Origin: an uncultured bacterium
GTDB lineage: Bacteria > Planctomycetota > Phycisphaerae > SM23-33 > FEN-1343
Reading direction: 5' to 3'
Assembly: GCA_965372365.1 (NCBI GenBank)
Contig: CBDVCA010000002.1
Location: 936-64,935 of the forward strand
DNA: 64,000 nucleotides
The first letter of the stretch is position 1, and each line of letters opens with the position of its first letter. The position numbers were made by a program, and so were the translations under genes. This document shows, piece after piece, positions 8,801-20,800 of the stretch. The notes beneath the pieces were generated by a model that saw only the letters and a list, made by a program, of their open reading frames with translations, did no database searches and was not told the DNA's origin.

Positions 8801-11800
8801 TCGCCTCGATGATGATATCGTGCTCGGCGATGAGGTGCAGCGGCCCGTCGAAGAGCAGATCGTCGGCCGAGTCGATGACGATGCTCAGGCCGTCGGAGGT
8901 GAGCGTTTCGCCTCCGACGTTGGCGTCGGGCAGGTAGGCGGTCAGTCCGGCCGCCATGGTGAGGGTTCCGCCGATGACGGGGCCGTCGCCGGCTTCCATC
9001 GGAGCGATGCTTCCGACGTTCCTCGCCGCATCGAACAACGCGTCGCCGGTGGCGACGATGTCTCCGACCCTCACGTCGCCCAAGCCCGTCGCGACCAGCG
9101 TCAGGTCGCCGGTATCGACGCCGTCGGCGACGATCGTGCCGTCAGAGAAGACGGACAACTCGCCGCCGTGGACGTTTGTGGCGGTGACCGTGAAGGTGTC
9201 GACGCCTTCGGGGGTCACGTTATGCACGACCACACTGCCGGTGGCGTAGGTGTTGGCCATGAAGATTTCGGCCTGCGTGTAGAGCTCCGCTTCGCCGTCG
9301 GCGGCCACCCAGACCAGCGTGGCTTCCAGCAGGCTGCCCGGGGCGCCCATCACGGGGCCGGCGCCCGCCGAGAGCATGACCGTATCGGCTGAGACGTGGC
9401 CGCCGTCGATGATATAGAGCCCACCGTTGGCGGCGATCTCCACGACGCTGTGGCCGCTGATGCGACCGCCGATTTCGACGGCGTCGTAGCTCTCGATGTG
9501 TACGACGGGGGCGAACAGCCTGGCTTCGTCCAGGCCGGAGACGCCGCCGGTTGCCGCGATCATGTCGATTCGCATAGACGCCGAGATGGCGATGTCGGTC
9601 ATGCGAAGGTTGCCGGTGTCGAGTTGCTCGACCGGCAGCAGTCTGTCGCCGTTGTGGTAAACCTCGGTGAGCAGCGTGGGCGGCGTGACGTAGACTTCAT
9701 TCTCGTGCGACTTGGGATCGTCCAAAGCGATCTCGTGGGTCGGGACCTGATTGAAGATCGGCGTGAAGTCCAGGAACGTCACGAGAATGTCGTCACGTTC
9801 AACGACCTCGATCGCCAGGTCGGCGAGCGTTTGTCCGGGGTACAGTACGATGAGCCGGCCGCCGTCTTGGAGTTGGGCGGCGAGGTCGTCCAGGACGGTC
9901 TGGAAGCTGACGACGTGCTCGTCGTCTTCGGCGTCGCTGGTGAAGAACAGATCGGCTGACGCGAATTCCCGAGCGCTGTCGGCTTTGAGGAATCTCGCTC
10001 GGTAGTCGTCGACGGCGAACAGGTTGCTTTCGATCTCCACCTGTCGGGCCACGCCGGTGTCCTGTCGGATGTCGGTCACCGTCTGGGTCTCGACCTCGAC
10101 GAACGTGCGAACGGTGTAGGCGCCGTCGAAGACGTAGAACTCCGGCAGGGCGCCGGTATCCCATTGGTAGAGGGTTTCGAGGTCGTCGGTGGTGTCGCCC
10201 GGCGTGCCTTCGATGTCGTCGAGGCGCCGGTAGTAGTCCTGTCCGCCATCGGAGTACAGTGCGTGCTGGAGGATATAGAACAGGTCGTCGTCGATGGGCT
10301 TGGTTCCGTTGGCGTCGCGGAAGTAGGTTTGACCGGTTACCGAATGCGTGTAGAGGTAGTAGCCGGAGAACTCATCCTGGGCGACACGGTCGCCGGGATC
10401 TTCGGGCTCGTCGCCGTCCTTCAAGTCGAGGTCCAGTTCGACGTTTCCATTCACCAGCATGGCGTCGCCGGTCAGGCCGAGGGCCTCGATGGTGATGGTT
10501 GTGAGTCCGTCGCCGCCGAGCTGCGCCAATCGCAGATCGCTTTCCAACTGCGATTGCAGGACAAGCATGCCTTCCAAGTCGGTCTGGAGTTGTCCCAGGC
10601 GGTCGATGTCGAGCCACACGCCGTCACGATACCCGGCGGCTGTGTACTGGAGGTCGATGCCGTACTGCAGCGATTGCAGTTCGTGGGCCGCGACGAGATA
10701 GTCGACCTGGAGTTGCTGGAGGGTGACCTCGGCGCCGGCCAAGGCGGTGCGCTGGGTTCCCTTGGTCAGCAGGATGTCAGACAAGTTGCCCTGTATCGTG
10801 GTCTCTTGGGTGTCGAGCCCGGCCAGGACGCTGAGGTGGCCGGTGATATCGATGTTGTAGCCATCGGCGTCGTTCTGCAGGTAGCCCAATTGGAACGTGA
10901 AGTCGCCCTCTTGCTGGACCAGTCCGGGCTCGTCGGCCACGGCGCCTTGGAATTGGGCGTTCAGGTGGGTCCGTTGCGTTTGCAGGGGGGCCAGGTTGGT
11001 CTGGATATCGCCCAGATCGTACGGGAGCTCGCCGTGCGCCAGATCGATTTGTCCGACGACATCCCATCGCTCGGTGGACAGGTTCTGTTGCTGCATGTAG
11101 AGGTCGTTCTGCTGTACAGACAGTTGGCCGATCTCGTCCTCGAACATGCCGGTGGCGTCATTGATGAACCCCTCGATGTCCATTCGCTCGGTACTCAGGC
11201 CGCTCAATTGGACGCCGAGTGCGTCGCTTTGGGCCTGTAGCAGCGAGAGTTCGCCGCCCATGAGTTGCTGGGCCGAGGATAGTTCGGTTTCCAGGCTTTC
11301 GGTGGTCGCCGAGACCTGCGAGTACTGGGTCTGCAGCGGGGCCAACAGGTTGCTCAGACGCGTTTCCTCGCCGCCCAGCAATCCGTCGACGGTGTCGACG
11401 ATGCCCGTCACGGTGTTCCGGTCGGCGATGAAGCCGGCCTCGATCGACTGCAGATGCTGGAGGGAGTGGTCGTCGTATCCGATCATGTAGAGTTCGTACT
11501 CGATCACCGACGCCTGATCCTCCAGTTGCGTCTCGTCGGCGTACAGGCCCTGCAGGGTCACGTTGAGATCGTCGCGTTGGGTCATCAAGTTGAGGATGTA
11601 GTTGCGTTCGGTGGTCAGTGAACCCACTTGGCCCTGCCAGTAGCTTCGGTCAGACAACAAGTCGTTTCGCATCTCATCAAGGGCGTAGCGGTCCGTCGGC
11701 AGTTTCGGGTCGTATGCTCCGTCGCCGCCCTTATTCTTCATGAGCTGGTACGCCTGCGACGTTTCCCCGCTCTTGTCCAACTGCGTGAGCAAGACGTCCC

Positions 11801-14800
11801 GTAGCGACTCCAGATCCGATTGGCCGAGCTTAGCGAAGGTCCGCAGGAACAACGCGTCGGAGATCTCGCTCAATTCGATGTCGTACCCATCACCGAACTG
11901 GAGGTGTCCCAGGTTGAAGTACTCCCAGTCGATCGGGAAAATGTGGGCCGGCTTGGTCGGGTTGGGCTTGCCGCCGGAGCCGATTCGCTCCTCGACTTGG
12001 CCCAGCCAATACTGCAGGCGAGGCAGCATCGGGGATCCCTGGTACCCCAGATAGCGGTAGGCGACCTTGTAGAACTGCAGGTCCACTCTGTCGAGATTAT
12101 CGTTAATCGCCGCCACATAGCTATTCGCCTGGCTCAGATCGTATTCGACGGTCTCCAGCGGACGCTGCTGGTTCAGGCTGGCCAAGACCACGTTGAGAGC
12201 CGACTCGTTGTTGTAGATATCCTGCCAGACGATGTTCAGGTTTTCCCAGATCAGGTTCAGGTCCTGGGTCCAGACGATGGCGGTCTGAACGGTGGACAGG
12301 TCGCTCAGGATCGTCGACAGCATATCGAATTGGCCGAGCATGTTGACTTGGGACGTGATCGCCGGCGAGAGGGTCATCTGTTCCACATCGCCCATGTTCC
12401 GCAACTCTTCGTCGAGCACCGACGGGTCGGAGACGCCTCGCCACGTCTGGACGGTCTGGAGCGTTTGCTGGAGCGGGGAGATCTGTTGCCAGAGCCCCGA
12501 CAGTTGGGTTTGCAGGCTGTAGTAGTTCTCGTACCCGTCTACCGCGTTGATTGTCGACTGCATCGACGGGCTGAGCAGGTCGGCGTATTGCGACAGGCCG
12601 CGGACGCCGGAGTCGAGGGCGGAGAAGTCGGTCGTCCACTGCAGCCACTCGATCTCATAGGTCGCCATGCCGACTTGGCCTATGTCGTTGTTGACGATGT
12701 CGATGTCGGACTGAACCACGGTGTAGGTTCGCGTGGTGCTCAGGGCGCTGATGGCGTTCACCAGACTCTGGGTCAGCACGCTGTCGTACGTCGCCAGCGC
12801 CCGGACGCCCGGATCGAGGTCTTCGTACAGTTGCAGGCCCCACAGTATGTAGACGGCGTCGGCGGCGTTCTGCACCAACGTTGCCTGGTCATTGACGATC
12901 TGGATGTCGGTATCCACATTCGCCAACGACCGCACCTGCAGCGCCGCGATGACGTCGCTGACAGTGTCTCCCAGCAGGGCGGCGTGGTCGTCGCCCAGCG
13001 CCAGGAGCAGTTGGTCGATCACGGTGGGGTCGGTGACGCCCAGAAGGATGCTGATATCGTCGATCGCCGCTTCCATCGGGATGATCTGGGCGTCGAGGGC
13101 CGCGATCTGTCCGGGCAGGACGGTGATGAGATTCTGGACGATCGCCAGGTCGTCCTGCACGAAGGCCAGGTCGCCCTGGTTCTCGTAGATCTGCCATTGG
13201 AGTGACGACTCCTGGTTGGCCAGGTCGTACAACTCCATGGAGACGGTGTCGAACCCTGAATCGACGGTGGCCAGGAGGCGTCCGAGTTGATCGTCGCTGA
13301 GGCCCCCGAGATCCAAGGCGTTCAGCGCCCCCAGGTCGAGGGCGGCGGTCTCGGGGTTGATCCCCGTTGGCGGTACGTAGTTGGGGCGGCTGAGGATCTC
13401 GTCGTTGATGCCGGCTCTGACGGCGTCCAGCCCGCCCTGGAAGCTCTGGCTGTCGAGGATTGTCGTCTGGAGGTCGCCCAGTTGCAGCGTCAGGTCGGCG
13501 GTGTCGCCGCCGATCTGCCAGATCTGCGACTGTACGCCGCCCAGGAGGCCCTCGACGCTGCTCAGCAGCGACTGGGTCTGGTTACGCTGCTGGATGAGGG
13601 TCGCGTAGCCGGGCATCTGGTCGATCGTATCGGGCCAGGTGTCCTGCACGGCCAGCATGTCGCCGATATCGGCGAGCTGGAACTGAATCTGCTGGCGATG
13701 GATATCCAGCGGCACCCGGATCAACTGCTGAATCTGGCTGTCGAGAAGCTGGCCGAGGACGACGCCTTGGCCCGCTTCGGTGGTAACGCCCATCGCGGCC
13801 AGTCGCTGCCACGCGGCGACCGTGTCGATCTGATCCTGCAGATTCGCGGCCAGCGCGTCGAGCAACTGCTGCTGCTGGGAGAGCGTCTGGTTGACCACGC
13901 GGAAGCCGGGGAAGTTATCGGCCTCGCCGAAGAGGTTCACGTTGCCGCCGCTGCGGAGAGTGACCTCGCCCAGCGAACTGAGCTTCCCGGCCAGCGTCAA
14001 ACTGCTGGCGGCGTTGACCGACAGACTGGCTGCGTCCAGGTCGACCGGCCGGCCGAGCGAACTGATCGTGCCGAGTGTCTGGAGGTCCAATTCGCCGCCG
14101 GCCCTCACGTGTCCGGTAATCACCAGATCGGCGTCCGGGGTGAGTGTGATCAGTGAGACGCCGGCTCCGGCGACGAGCGAGTTGGCCGCACCGTTGGACT
14201 CGACGTACAAGCTTCCCAGTTGCGACTGGAGCGTCAGTTCGGCGCCCAGACCCGGCGCCAGCGCCCGTCCGACGATCAGCCCGTTCTGAGCGGCCACGAA
14301 GACCGAGCCGAGGTTCGCGTTGACCATCCCGACCCTGACGCCCGGGGACATTTCGCCCACGCCGTCGACGTCGAGAATCTCCACCAGACTGCCGTCGATG
14401 GAGTTGGCGATCGTCACCTCGTTGACGGCCGTCATGAGGCCGGTGATCGAACCTCTGGCCATCGCCATCAGCGTGCCGGCGACGATGCTCGGGGCGGGGC
14501 CTTCTCCGGCTTCGGTGGGGATGGAGAACTCGCTGATCGGCAGGGTGAGCCCGCCTCGAATCTCGCCGTCGGCGAACAGTTGGACGCGGCCGGCGGAACT
14601 GAACTCGCGCGAGAACGTGAACAGATCGCGTGCTTCGCGTTCGACGGTTTCGGGGTCTGCGCCTCCGAAGGAGCCCTCGTACGCCAGGCCCAACAGCCCC
14701 AGCACCTGCGAGTACATCGTGAAGGCGACGCCGGCGGTCATGTAGGCGCCGTTGGCGGTGAAATCGCTGATCGCGATGGCCCGCAAGTCGCCGGGTTCGT

Positions 14801-17800
14801 CTCGCACGTCGTTCTCGAGTTCGACGAAGGTGATGGGCAGGCCGAACTCGTCCAGGATGGGCTCGCCCGCCGAATCCAGCAGCGTCGAGATGAACTCGGC
14901 GGGGATGCCGGCCGGATCGATCTGGCGCAGGAGGCCGTTGAGCATTTCAAGTCGAATCGCCTCGGCTTCGGCGTCGTCGGCGGCGTACACGCCGCCGGTG
15001 ATCGAGCCGACGGTGATCGTCCCGCCGCTGCCGCCGGTGGTCTGGAGGCGAATGACGTTCGCATGAGGCGCGGCGCCCGACGTATTCCAGTCGGTCAGCA
15101 GTGTGACGTTCTGAGCGTCGATGTCGCCTGCGTTGACGATGGTGATATCGCCGTCGAGGATCTGCACGTTCGACAACACCAGGGCGCCGACCGAACTGGT
15201 CACGGTCAGGTCGCCTTCGGTCCCCACGTCGATGTTCAACGTGTTGGCTTCGGTGGTCAGCGTGGTCGGCCCGAAGGTGCGAACGGTCAATTCGTCGGCG
15301 ATGACGGCGCCGTCGGGATGGGTCATCTGGCCGTAGACGGTGAGGAACACGTCGGCGCCGCCGGCGGCCTCGATATCGTGAACTTCGAGCGTGACGCCGG
15401 CGAGGCCGATGGCTTCGGCGATCAGCGTGATGTCGTTATCGTCGGAGCCGCCCAGCGAGCGGATCTCGGTGGCGATGACGCCGCCGCCGATCGCCGAAAT
15501 GGTGATCGGCCCATCGGCGGTCTGAACCTGCGTAAGCGTCAGCCCGGCGGTATCGGGGCCGTCGCCGCCGGCGAGACCGACGATGTCGCTGTCCTTCAGG
15601 ATAATGGCGCCCGGGCCGGTGACGACGGCGCTGACCTCGGCGACGTGGAGGTTCTCCAGCGTGATGCTCCCGCCGGCGATCACGCCCAAGGTGACGGCGA
15701 CGAGGCGTCCGCCGGTGCCGGGGGCGTCGTCTTCGGTCGGCGCCATCTCGGCCGCGGCCTGGATTACTTCGCCGGCCGGGGCCGACAAGGTAATCGTGGC
15801 GGCCTGCAGTTCGGCGTCGATCAGCGAGATGTCCCCGGCGATGCTTCCGGCGGTCAGTGAGATTGTGCTACCGGCGCCCGACGCCAGCAGGAATCCGCCG
15901 ATGGTCGGTCGCAGATCGTCGTCGCCAAACATCGTCTCGGGCGTCGCGGCCGGATCGTGTATGTACACGCCGCCGGCGCCGTCGGAACCGGCCTCGACGG
16001 AAACGCCCTCCAACGCCTCGATGGCGGTGGTGATGATGACGTTGTCGCCGGCGGTGACGGCCACGTTGTCTCGGGCGAAGATGGCCCCGTTGATGACGAT
16101 GGCTCCGTCGGCGTCGATGGAGATGTCCTGGACGGGGTCGCCGTCTTCGGCGGGCGCCTCGGCTCCGAGGGTCCGCAGTTCGGCGGTTTCGCCGACGGTG
16201 ACGGCGCCGGCCGCGGCGTCGATATCGATCGCTTCGTCGGCATGGAGGTGGATCATGTCGTAGACCTTCGGGTCGACGGGCATCGGCTCGCCGACGACGA
16301 TCGATCCGGCGGCCGAGTTCACCGTAATGGCCCCGCCGGGGGCCGAAGCGTCGATGCCGGCCCGAACGAGGATGTCCGTCCCGGCGTTGATGTCGATGTC
16401 GCCGGAGGCCGACAGCGTGTCATGATCGAAGATCGACAGTTCGGTCAGTCCGTCGGCGGCCACGGCGCTGCTGGCGTAGTCCAGTCGCTTCTCGGTGGTC
16501 GCGACGTATCGCCAGTTGGTGATCTGCTCCATCTTGATGACCGGTACGATGCTCTCGATGGTTTCGTAGAGCGGACGCTTGTCGACGATGTCGTGGGCCT
16601 GGGTGAACGCCCGGTAGGTGATGTTCGTCCGCACGTCTTCGATGTCCCGCCAGTCGGTGGTCATCTTGTAGATATAGTCGTGCTGGGTCTCGCCGGTATC
16701 GTAGGCCGGAAGACTCCAATCGGGCTCGCGCTCGTAGACGGCGTGAAGCTCCTCCACGCCGTTGAGATCGTTCCACAGCCCCGAGGTCCACATCTGCAGG
16801 TGGTCTTCGTCGTTGTAGGGGCCTGCGTTGTTGGGCTCGTTCGGGTGGAAATTACTGTAGCCTGTCCAATTGGCGATCCAGCCGTTGGCGACCCGATCCA
16901 TCGACCAGGAGTCGTGGCTGAGGCCGTTGATGTTGTACCCGCCCAGCCAGACCGGCGAATCGATCATGTCGCGGACCAGGTCGTTCTCGGCCTGATCGTT
17001 GATCACCACCAGATGCCAGGGCCAGGAGAAGAGGGCGTTGGCGTCGTCCCAGTCGTACATGTAGTACGACAGGTAGTAATCCCTGCCCTCGAATCGGCGG
17101 ACGTTGGCCACGTCGTCCTCGTGCCTCGCCGAGTCGTTGAGGAGTTGGAGGTTGATGTTGGCCTGCTTGACGGCCACGCCGGCCTCGGCGTCGCCGGGGT
17201 TGATCTGGGCGTACACCCGTCGTCCGAACATGTCTACGTCGTACTCCCAGTTGCCGCCGGTGAACCCCGAGACGTTCCCGTACTCGTCGACGGTTCCGGC
17301 GTCGCCGAGGTTCCAGTCCTCCGGTAGCCAGTCGACTTTCACCGAACTGTCGTAGGTCGTCGCCGGCAGATAACCCAGGCCGTCCATCAGGAGCGTCTGG
17401 ATGATCAGGTTGGTCTCCTCGGAGGCCGCCTCGGTGGAGAAATTCGCGGCGAGCAGTTGGAGCAAGCCCGTGTAGACGCCGGCCACATTTGGCATCGACA
17501 GTTCGTTCGCCGACCGCCCGTCATAGATGCTCCACTGCTCGTAGGCGGTCGGGTCGTCGTCGGTCCAGACGTTGTGCGGGGTGTCCCTGTAGGTTACGAC
17601 CCACCGGCCCGGTTCGTTGTCGTAGTCTTCCAGCACCCACAGGTCACCCTCGACGGGGTTGCTGGGGGCGCCCTCGGTCAGCGAGGACCACTCCTGGATG
17701 TATTCCAGTTGTGCGACTTCGCGAACCTGGCCGACCAACTCGTACTCGTTGATGGTGTTGCCCACGAACTGCAGCTTCTTGGCGTCGGATTCGACGCTGT

Positions 17801-20800
17801 CGGCGCCCAGGGCGGTCACCTCGTACTCGGTCCACCATTGCTCCGGCGCCCGGACGTAGATGTCGGTTCCGTCGTCGAGCGTGTAGGGGTACACGTTCCA
17901 CTGCTGGGTGCTGAGGTCGACTTCCCACAGTTGGGCGGTGGGGATGCCCTGGTAGTTGCGGTTGATCCGCCCGAGGGCGACTTCGGTCCCATAGACCTTC
18001 TCCCATCCGTAGTTGCCGAGGATGGTGTCTTCGCGTTCGAAGAAGCTGGCGATGTAGATGTACGTGCCCGTGGTCTTGGCGGGGTTGCTGTACTCCTCGC
18101 GGTAGTCGCGCCCGGCGATGAAGAAGGTATCCGACCATTCGAGCAGGACGCTCTCGTAGTCTGTGGGGTCGACGCCTTCGAGCAGTTCCTCAACCCTATC
18201 CGACGGCGGCAGCCAGTGGCGGTAGGCGGCCTCGGCGACCGAGTCGTGTTCGATGGGATCATAGTGCTCGTCCCGGTCGAACGGCGTGAACTCCGGGAAC
18301 CAGAAGTCGAAGTACTTCTTGGTGACCGTGTAGCTGTCGGTGTAGATCCTCCAGTTCGGCCCCGCCAGCATCAGCGTCTCCGACGGCGTCGCCTGGAACC
18401 TGCCCTCGACGATCACGCCCGGTACGAACGTTTTGGATCCGACGCCGTCGTCGACCAGCACGCCGGACAGACCCAACGCCGACTGGCCGGCGAAGGCGAA
18501 TTCGCCGGCGGCTTCGGCCATGGCTTCGGCGATCCCCTCAGCGTTCTCCTCGTCATCGTCGGTGGCGAACACCAGTGAAACATTGGTGACCACCGTGACG
18601 CTGTCGTCCTGGGAAAGGTCGAAGATGGACCTGTCGTTGAGCTGCTGGTACACGCCGAGGTCGTCGGCAAGCCTGTGCTGGGTCAACGGATCGTAGGTGT
18701 AGATCGTCTTCTCGAATTCCTGGATGAACTGCACGTCGAAGAGCTTGCGGTAGTTCTTGCCGCCGCCGGCCAGGATGGCGGTGGCCTTCTCGCCGGCGGT
18801 CAACTCGTCCCAGGGCTTGTAGGGCTGTTGGACGTAGGAGCCCTCGATGAGGGCGTGGACGTCGTTGGCCATCATGTCCAGCACATCGCCGTAGGAAGCG
18901 GAGTCCTGGCTTGCGAACAGGTCGATGATCAGCTTTCCGTCGCCGCCTTCGGTGAGCGCCATCGCGCCGCCGTCCTGGAAGATGCCGCCCATTTGCGGAT
19001 CGCGATCATTGCGGAACGAACTGATCGCCTCGTTGACGGTCACGCCTTGGGCGAACGTCGTTCCCGGGTCGATGACCGGACCCTGGTAGTCGGTGACCGC
19101 CCGAATCAGTTCGAACATGTCCGGGTCGATCGGCTCGAATGCCGGTTCGCCGCCAACATCCAGCAGCAGGAACAGGCCGCCGTCGTCGTCGGGCGCCTTG
19201 CCGGGCCAATCGAGATCGTCGATGACGTAGTCGACGCCCGGTACGAAGTACTCGCGGAACTTGTCGGCGGCCGGCACGTTCTCCGACCAGTACCCGTCCT
19301 GGAACAGCCGCACTTCGGCGCTGCCGAACTCGCTGCCGACCTTCACGCTGATCATGTCGGTCTGCTCGGTCGTGATCGTCGGGATGTAGTGCACCACCGG
19401 ACGCTCGATGAAGCTGTCGGCCACACGATTGGAGCCGGTGACCACGTCGATGTAGACCGGCTCGTAGGTTATGTACGCCGGGGCGAACTGCAGGTCGTCG
19501 TTCATCGCGTCGTCGTAGGCCAGCAGCGTCACCTGGCCGGGGGCGTCGACGGTGATGTTTCCCGTCGCGGCCGATTGGAACCCGGCCGCCAATTTGCCTT
19601 CGGCGGCGATGACCACCGAACCGGCCGAATCGACCAGACCGGCGTCGACGTCGATATCCGCACCCGAAAGCACCTCGCCGCGAATCACCACGTGCCGGTT
19701 CGCCTGAAGCGACGCCAACGCCGGGTCGGCTCCGCCGTTGCGTGTTTCGCCTTCGACGGCCACGGTGCCGTAAACGTTAATGTCGTCGCCGATCAGCGAC
19801 ACCTGGCCTTGGGCGGCCACTAGCGCCCGGAAGTAGTACACCTGGCTGCGAGCTACGTAGACGGTTCCGCCGACGTCGGTGGCCGTCAGCGTCGTATGGG
19901 AGTCGGGAGCCCGGGCGATGGTTACACTCTCATCCAACGCCCAGACGTTGGCGCCTGTCACGTTGATTATGTCCTGGGCGTTCACCAGGGCGTCGGTCGT
20001 GATCTCCACGTCCGATAGCGACGTCAGATCGACTTGCCGTACGTCGACGGTCGACTCGCTCGCGCCGCCGTCGAGCTTCACCAGGCCGACCATGCCGTGA
20101 ATCCAGATGTCCTGGTCGCCGGTGACAACGATATGCCCGGCCGGGCCGGTGGTGTTCAGCACGCCGCCGCTGCGGCGGGCGGGCAGGTCGACCATGACCG
20201 GACCGGTCGTCGTCATCAGTTCGGCGATGCTGAGCTGGATCTCGCCGCCTTCGAGGCGATCGGCGCCCGGGACGCGGGCTTCCAGAACGAGGGGATCCTG
20301 CACCACGCGATTCCCGCCGGCGACCGGGGCGTCCAGGTGCGTCAGCGGTACGCCGTCGGCGCCGATAAGCTCGCCGCGGTCGTTGATGAGGTCGCCGGTT
20401 TGATTGATCAGGGCGCCCTGGTCGCTGATGAGATTGCCGTACACATCGGCGCGATAGTCGATTCCCAGGAGGTTCAGGACGGTCCAGTACTCCCCGGCGC
20501 CGTCGTTGAGCAGCGTGCCGGAGCCATTGAGCAGCAGCCCGTTGACGGCGATTAAGTAGCCCTTGGAACTGATCAGATCCAGATTCGTGTCGATCAGGTT
20601 GCCGGCGGCGTCCACGCGGTCGCCGTAGACATTGATCGCGACCCCAAATTCGTCGATGAAGTTGCCGTTGGGGTCGATGAGGTAACCGAACTCATTCATC
20701 AGATCCCCGTCGGCGTTCAGTCGCCGGCCGTCCACGTTGACGACGCGGCCTGCGGCGTCGAGATACTGGCCGATCTCGTCAACCAGGAACCACGCGCCGC

